The notes beneath the pieces were generated by a model. The model was not told the origin of the DNA, made no database searches, and saw nothing but the letters and a program-made list of their open reading frames with translations. This document shows positions 22,342-28,467 of a DNA stretch of 28,467 bases, one piece after another. Location of the stretch: NCBI GenBank assembly GCA_043228905.1, contig JBHGNT010000396.1, positions 1 through 28,467 of the forward strand. The letters run 5' to 3'. The position numbers and the translations under genes were made by a program. Numbering within the stretch: position 1 is the first letter of the stretch; every line of letters begins with the position of its first letter. Origin of the DNA: Azolla caroliniana. Its lineage: Eukaryota > Plantae > Polypodiophyta.

Positions 22342-24130
22342 TTGCATGACTACACAAAAAAAATGAATATCCACACTAATACATAAAAGAATGATTATTT
22401 GCAACAATTAAAACATTGTTTTTGGGTTTTTGAGAGATTGTGATAGACAATAAAAACTAATTGGGAATTCCCAACTGCAAACTATAATACTGTTTTTTTA
22501 CCAAAAATTTGATGTTTGCTTTGATGAGAAAATAATAATGTCTCTAAATTGATGCATTATCCAGCCTAGGTCATTGATAATAGTGCGGTTGATGATGATA
22601 GCACTTATTGTGGCAAAAGTTGGACGATCAGAGGAAGGTTGACTCAATGGAGTTGGAAGGCCATGTGCAATTGCGCTTTAATATGTAATTTGTGCACTCA
22701 ATTTACCCATCACTTTTTGAATGAAAGGCTCGAAGAGTGTGTACAATTTTTTTTAGTAGTCTAAGCAAGTGCTTCTAAAATTTGAAGATGAATTGTTGCC
22801 TAATGATAATTGAAAATGTAATCTTGTTAACTATGATGCTTGAATACTTCTCTCATAACTAGGTCTATTGATGTATGATCATATGTATATGGGATTAGTA
22901 TATGTAAGGAAATGTGTTACCTAAGTGAAATGATTCACCACTGTGAGGATGACATTGAAACACTTAGAATGCAGGAGGCCAATAACAAAATCCAAAATCA
23001 ATGAATGACATTGAAACACTTTGAAGACATGAGGCTAATAATAAAATCCATGGACAAGTAGAAACTAGTGTTGTGATGTGATCGGGTCATGATCCAAAAA
23101 TGTCAAACATAAGAGGTTGATGTAAATTGAACCAGGATAACGGAAGTAAAACATGCATAAAATAATTATAATATAAAAGATTATAACAACAAGCACCACT
23201 ACAATTGATTAAGGTAAATGATTGCAAAATATCATGTTTTACCTTTTGGAGGCCATGGTGTTGAACTTTTGACTAGATACATTGAATTAGGCGCCATGCA
23301 CGAATAAACAAGTGCTTACGAAGTTAACGATAGTGGGGCAAAGTGCTACCTAGTGCTATAGAATAAGAAAAAGGCCAAACTTTTCGGGTTCTCTTTTCTT
23401 TGGATTTTTTTGGTTCCATCTTCTTTCAATTTGGGGTTTTTGGGTTTTCTTCCATGTGAATTTTTTAGTGCTTGTGTTTTTGGAAAACTTTAAGGTTATC
23501 ATTAGGGAGATTTTATTTCCTACTTGAGGGCTTAGTTTTTCAAAGGTTGGAATTAGAGGGGAACAATTCAATGAGATGTGATCAAAATTTTGATTTTGTT
23601 GGATTTATTCCTTTTGTCTAATCATTTGTAGGCCTTTATATCCGGTTCCTCCTAATTTGTCTACTTGAAATGCATACTTTTGGCCAAGCGGCCAATTTTG
23701 TTTACTATTTAATTTGCAACTCAACACATGAGGGAGCTTGTCCAAACTCGTGAAGTGGTGTTTCTCTCGCAAAGTCTCAACGTGAGAGAAATTGTTCCCT
23801 GCATAAAGGCTCTCCACATAGCACACTCATTTTCTCATGGACTGAACATAGGTTTGATCCCCTTATCAATCACTAAAGTACCCCTACCACAATCCCCAAA
23901 ATTATGATAATCCCAAATTACCCCTAATAAGTTAAATATTTGTTAACTACCCTTTCCCCTATTTCCTAAAGCTCTCTACTCATTATTTTCCCCTTATACT
24001 AGTCAATCCAATCCAACTTTGAGATGATTTACCATACATGTTTGATTGAATCATTCTTGAATGCAAATGCGCGTATGATATGTATGGTTCATTCTATGCA
24101 TGTAAGCACAAGCACACCACCACCACTCAC

Positions 24131-24558
24131 CTTCCACCATCATTATTCACATGGGGAATGGTGATCTCGAAATCACTTGTCCATTTTGTGTTCCATGATG
24201 TCAAGTCTCTTGATCATGCTTTTAGCACTTTGTTTGGAACGGTTGAATGTAGTTCCTTTAGTGATGGTACAATTTTTAGGAAAAAGGAAGGAGACGCAAC
24301 CATTGTGGAAATTACTTAGTAGTACTATCATATGCTATGAATATTTGGAAGGCTCGATGCTCCTCCATTTTTCATTGGGTTAAGGCTCACAAGTTGAAGT
24401 GGAGCGTAACATTTGGCCGGACATGGTCTATACTTTGAAAGGATAATGGGATGGTTTTATTGTGCATTCAGATGCTAAAATTGGTCAGTGTCTCCAACTT
24501 ATTACTTTTGGAAAAATACTCCACTTCCGTCCTTCAAAGATGGTAGCCCTTTTTTTCC
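24131..24558 (+). mobile_element. LINE ORF2 3' fragment (same family as 14780-15970)
   Basis: Shares TTCCACCATCATTATTCACATGGGGAATGGTG, GGCCGGACATGGTC, GCATTCAGATGCTAAAATTG and CCTTCAAAGATGGT colinearly with 15513-15925. Encodes NIWKARCSSIF. Confidence 0.85.
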
Positions 24559-25211
24559 AGAAAAATTATTCTTCATTAGTAGAACTTCTGCATACATGAC
24601 GAAATGAGTAGTCTGAAAATATTGGACATCTATATGTAACAGAGCATAAAGAAGCAGAGTGAAAGACTAAAAAGAATGACATTGGACATCTATATGTAAT
24701 GAACATCTAGCAAAACCCCTTTGAGGATGATTCATCCTAACCTTCTTCTATTGAACAATCAACACATACTAGTGCCATCGACTTAGCTGAACATTTCTGT
24801 GGGTTACTTCAACACCTGCTTCAATTGCTGCATTTGTAGACACCAAAATTTCCATGATGCACATGTAACTATTTTCTTCAACTTATGTTGAATTAGCCTT
24901 ATGCAGGCTGACCAAAAGACTTTATATCCTCATTGAGATCTACATCAGAAAAAGTTCCTTCCAGATCTTCAAGGTCTTTTAGAAATTCCAATTCAATCGA
25001 AACGTTCTAAAAGACCGAATTTCATCTAATGCTTCTTTGGAGACTTGGTAGGAGAAATATCATTACAACTAAGCAAATCCAGAACAATATCACTGCCCGC
25101 TACATCTACAATCTCCAAGGTTGCATTTTCCTTGCTATGTTTATCACATCTACACCATCACACACATGTAGAGGTTCCATACTTTCATTGGTTTCATCCG
25201 GACAGAACATA

Positions 25212-25780
25212 TGTTAAGCGTTGGGATAACAACACAACCAGTCACGAATAAGAACGCATCAACAAGGACGTAGTACGAAGAGGAAACGACAAGAGGAAAG
25301 GAAAGCAAAGAGACGGCCAAATGTGAAAGGCCCATACCCTAAACGTGAAAGCTATATAAACCACATAGTAGTGGCTTTGTGGGGGTTCTCCCATTTGTAA
25401 AGATCTCCTATTGATTAGAGCTAGAGCTTCCTCTCCTCTTTCTTGTAAACCTTTGAGCTTAAGAGAGATTAGTGAAGTGTTGAGTTAGAGAACACTAACC
25501 TATCCCCTTGTTGGTGCTAGACCTCTTAGCAAAGAGGGTTAATAATAGACATACTCTTGCTTCTTATTGTCTATACTATTGATCTATTGTTTATGAGAGA
25601 GAGAGCTTGAGAGAGTGAGAGAGATATCGTGCTTAATCATTTACTAATCGTTGAGTGAGTGTGAGGCTCGGAGGTATCCGACAACCATCTCCGCCCGATT
25701 CGCCATCAAGAGGGTATACGCCGGTCCGAATCCCGCACGACATCGAGGAGCTTACTCCATCGATACATAGATCCTTAACA
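25212..25780 (+). repeat. 5' LTR, 569 bp
   Basis: Termini TGTTAAG...CTTAACA (7-bp inverted repeat), TATA box CTATATAAA at 25352-25360, followed closely by a PBS. Predicted 5-bp TSD ACATA (25207-25211). Confidence 0.88.
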
Positions 25781-25786
25781 TCTATT

Positions 25787-25804
25787 TGGCGCTGCTGCCG
25801 GGGA
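25787..25804 (+). promoter_or_regulatory. Primer-binding site, tRNA-Asp-like
   Basis: TGGCGCTGCTGCCGGGAT follows the LTR end after a 6-nt spacer. It differs at 2 of the first 16 nt from the Athila-type tRNA-Asp PBS TGGCGCCGTTGCCGGG. Confidence 0.8.
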
Positions 25805-25890
25805 TACGACCGACGCTTGAAGCCCATTTTTGAGTGGTCAAAAACTCGGAGGCAAACCACTCAACGAAGGAAGAAATCGCAAGAGAACCA

Positions 25891-26113
25891 CCATTTTCTG
25901 TTTTTCATCATTTCAAAGTTTAATTAAGTCCCATTTTCTGTTTTTTCATCATTTCATAGTTTAATTAAGTCCCATTTTCTGTTTTTTCATCATTTCATAG
26001 TTTAATTAAGTCCCATTTTCTGTTTTTTTCATCATGTCATAGTTTAATTAAGTCCCATTTTTTGTTTTTTTCATCATTTCATAGTTTAATTAAGTCCCAT
26101 TTTCTGTTTTTTC
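25891..26113 (+). repeat. 40-42-bp tandem repeat x~5.5 in the retrotransposon leader
   Basis: CCATTTTCTGTTTTTTCATCATTTCATAGTTTAATTAAGTC units start at 25891, 25931, 25972, 26013, 26055 and 26097. Confidence 0.95.
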
Positions 26114-26257
26114 GCTCGGTTAACATTAAACATTGTGGAGGTTTAGGCCGTTACGGGGCAAGCATAATCACCGCGAGTCTCGTGGCTTACGATCACTCCA
26201 CGGGTCACAAAGCGACCGTTGGCGCCAAAAAGTTTGAATTTCCCACGCAAAGCTCGT

Positions 26258-26532
26258 CGAAGATTCAACCTTCGACGAAGATTCATCCTTCGACGAACAT
26301 TCAACCTTCGACGAACATTTAACCTTCGACGAAGGTTCAACCTCCGATGAACATTCATCCTGCGACGAAGGTTCAACCTCCGACAAAGATTCATTCTTTG
26401 ACGAACATTCAACCTTCGACGAAGGTTCAACCTCCGACGAACATTCATCCTTCGACGAAGATTCAACCTGCGACGAATCTTCAACCTGCGACGAAGATTC
26501 ATCCTTCGACGAAGATTCACCCTTCGACGAAC
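26258..26532 (+). repeat. 18-bp tandem repeat x15 (consensus CGAAGATTCAACCTTCGA), followed by an A-rich tract
   Basis: 15 contiguous units without indels; A-rich run at 26537-26571. Confidence 0.95.
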
Positions 26533-26586
26533 CTATAAAAAAAAAAAAAGAAAAAAAAGAAAAAGAAAAAAGCTTGACCAGAAAAC

Positions 26587-28467
26587 ATGGCCGGATCCTC
26601 ATGGACAGAAATGTTCAAAACCCGACCTGCACGCTTGGAAGAGTCCACGCAAACCGACCAAACCCACGATGCTGGCCCACCTAACCCGACTCAGTACCAC
26701 AGAGGGTGGCTAACTCCGGGGATACTACCAAACATGAACCTCCCATCGAGCCCAGGAACTAAAGCACTTCTCAACACACCCCCACTACAGGAGAGCCCAA
26801 TGGCAGACCCACTCAGTGTAGAACGACATATACGAGACGCAGCGCAAGAGTTACGAGTGATAGAACACGAAATCAATCTATGGACGGTACAACTTGCGAA
26901 AGGAGGACAACCGAAAAGCACCACTCGAGATATCGAAGCTGCTTTGGCCGAAAGGAAGGATAGATTCGCACGAGTGCAACAAAAACATCACTGCCTAGAA
27001 ACATCATCACACATACACCGCCGAAGTTAGGAGCACAACCCCGTACCGCGTTCGAGCACAACGGGCGATAGCCCGAACGAAACCCGCGCACAACGACACC
27101 CGGCACCACCATGCATGGGCACAATCCCTACACCTGACCAAGCTACCCCTACACCTCCAAACGCCGAACTCGCACTAGCGCTACAATCCATACAAACTCT
27201 TGTAGCATTGATGGAAAAAGAGCGAGCACCCATAGACCATCTGAGAAACCTCACAAATGACAGTGGGAAGAGTGCTTCCATTTCTAAACTAGTACCCCAT
27301 TTCCTCGGTTTCGGCGATGCCTATGACCATGTCGAGAGGTTCAAACAGATTTGCCGCGCTTACGAACCCCTCACAGAGATCACCAAGGTAGCTGCATTTG
27401 GACTCACACTTGACGACCAAGCCGACATCTGGTTTCGAACCTTGAATGAAGACATCGCCGCCGATTTCGAGTACGTCATCGAGGATTTCTTGATAAACTT
27501 CGCTTGTCGAGGGAATAAATGGAACCCAATTGACCAACTTTTCACCCTCAAACAAGAAGCAAACGAAACGGTCAGGGACTACATACGTCGCACGAAAAGC
27601 TTGCATCATCGTTGTAGTCCGAACGACAAGATGTCGGATGACAAGTTGATGAGCCGTTTCATTAATGGGTTGTTTGATACGACACTCCAAAATTTCCTGA
27701 TTGCCCGGATGTGTCGATCGTTTACTGAAGCCTGCACAGTAGTGATGACCTTTGAAGATTCGATGAGTGGATTACACATACCCACTCACGCACCCATGAA
27801 CAACCGCGAGAAATCCTCCGACCCCACCCCTGCTCTACCCACACCACCGCGAACACCCCGTATAGAAAGACCCCAAGCATACACCCAACGAGAAAATGTA
27901 AGGTGCACGGTATGTCACGGACACCACATGGGACATGAGTGTCCCCTCCTTCATCAATGATGGCCGCAATACTGTAAGTGGTGCAAAGCTTTCGTAATGC
28001 ATACGCAAGAGAACTGCTGGCAAGCCCCCACTGGAAGGTACGGCCAAACGCCAATGGTGGAACACCCACGCTCCCCCCCACCACTTAGCCGCCCACCACT
28101 ACCAGCGATACTCCCTCAACAACCCCCACTACCGCGCATCGGTGCCCGCCTCGCTGAACTGGAGTATACCACAAATAACCAAACCTAGGTCAGAACGAGA
28201 ACCCCCGAATATGAAGACCCGTACAAGGAGTATGGCATTGAAGAAGAGGTGTTATCCCATTTCGTGGATTTTGAAGGCGACCAAATACCAGTGTATGTCC
28301 TGAGAGGGGAACAACGTGGACCCCCTATGGGATACCGCAACAACAATGGTCTGAGGAGGTCAGAATTGAAATGCTTCAACTGCCAAGGCCCGCATATGGT
28401 TAGCGAGTGCCCAACCAAACATGAGTACTACAACCGGATGGCCCAACGACCACGACACCTCCCACTC
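26587..28467 (+). pseudogene. gag: gag reading frame (>620 codons) interrupted by three in-frame stops
   Basis: ORFs 26587-27030, 27115-27960 and 27997-28188 and the open stretch 28189-28467 share one frame. The only interruptions are TAG 27028, TGA 27958 and TAG 28186. Retrotrans_gag-like core: HVERFKQIC..AFGLTLDDQADIWFRTL..F..F..LKQEANETVRDY. Confidence 0.85.

Larger units (their letters stand above)
25212..28467 (+). mobile_element. Ty3/gypsy (Athila-like) LTR retrotransposon, 5' part (continues beyond the window)
   Basis: LTR, PBS, repeat-containing leader, and a gag frame with retrotransposon capsid/MHR (LKQEANETVRDYIRR) and zinc knuckles, in canonical order. The lineage is inferred from PBS and knuckle type; pol is not in the window. 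Confidence 0.9.

Noticed and set aside
23356-23830. Possible integrase C-terminus and 3' UTR relic on the minus strand
   Set aside because: The resemblance (GNNFSHVETL...DKL) is too weak to support without a search.
26210-26235. Second, minus-strand PBS (TGGCGCCAACGG)
   Set aside because: No adjacent TG..CA-bounded LTR; better read as an E2F-like palindrome.
26143-26602. Antisense Arg-rich and Ser/Glu-rich ORFs
   Set aside because: Generated by the 18-bp tandem repeat; no independent coding evidence.

Overview
Eukaryotic, AT-rich, repeat-dense land-plant genomic DNA. The LINE ORF2 C-terminal motifs look fern-like, but that is inference only. There is one clear host gene: a six-exon DUF789 (PF05623) family gene on + (CDS 18043..21192, about 405 aa, all introns GT-AG with consistent phases), with a different minisatellite in its presumed 5' leader and 3' UTR. 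The rest is transposon-derived or repetitive: a partial minus-strand LTR at the left edge; a tRNA-like Pol III box pair followed by a ~108-bp repeat array with an internal inverted duplication; a head-to-tail stack of three LINE 3' ends; further LINE relics, including an RT-bearing one; a 177-bp x3 tandem repeat; an intact hAT-type MITE with an 8-bp TSD; a ~550-bp compound microsatellite; and, at the right edge, the 5' part of a Ty3/gypsy (Athila-like) LTR retrotransposon. That element has a 569-bp LTR, a tRNA-Asp-like PBS, two tandem arrays in its leader, and a long gag frame with three in-frame stops and three non-canonical zinc knuckles. There are no CRISPR arrays, rRNA genes or intact tRNA genes. 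The sequence does not demonstrate a new biological system. The best leads are the fold-back array at 664-1865, the gag architecture and hairpin leader of the LTR element, and the UTR minisatellites.
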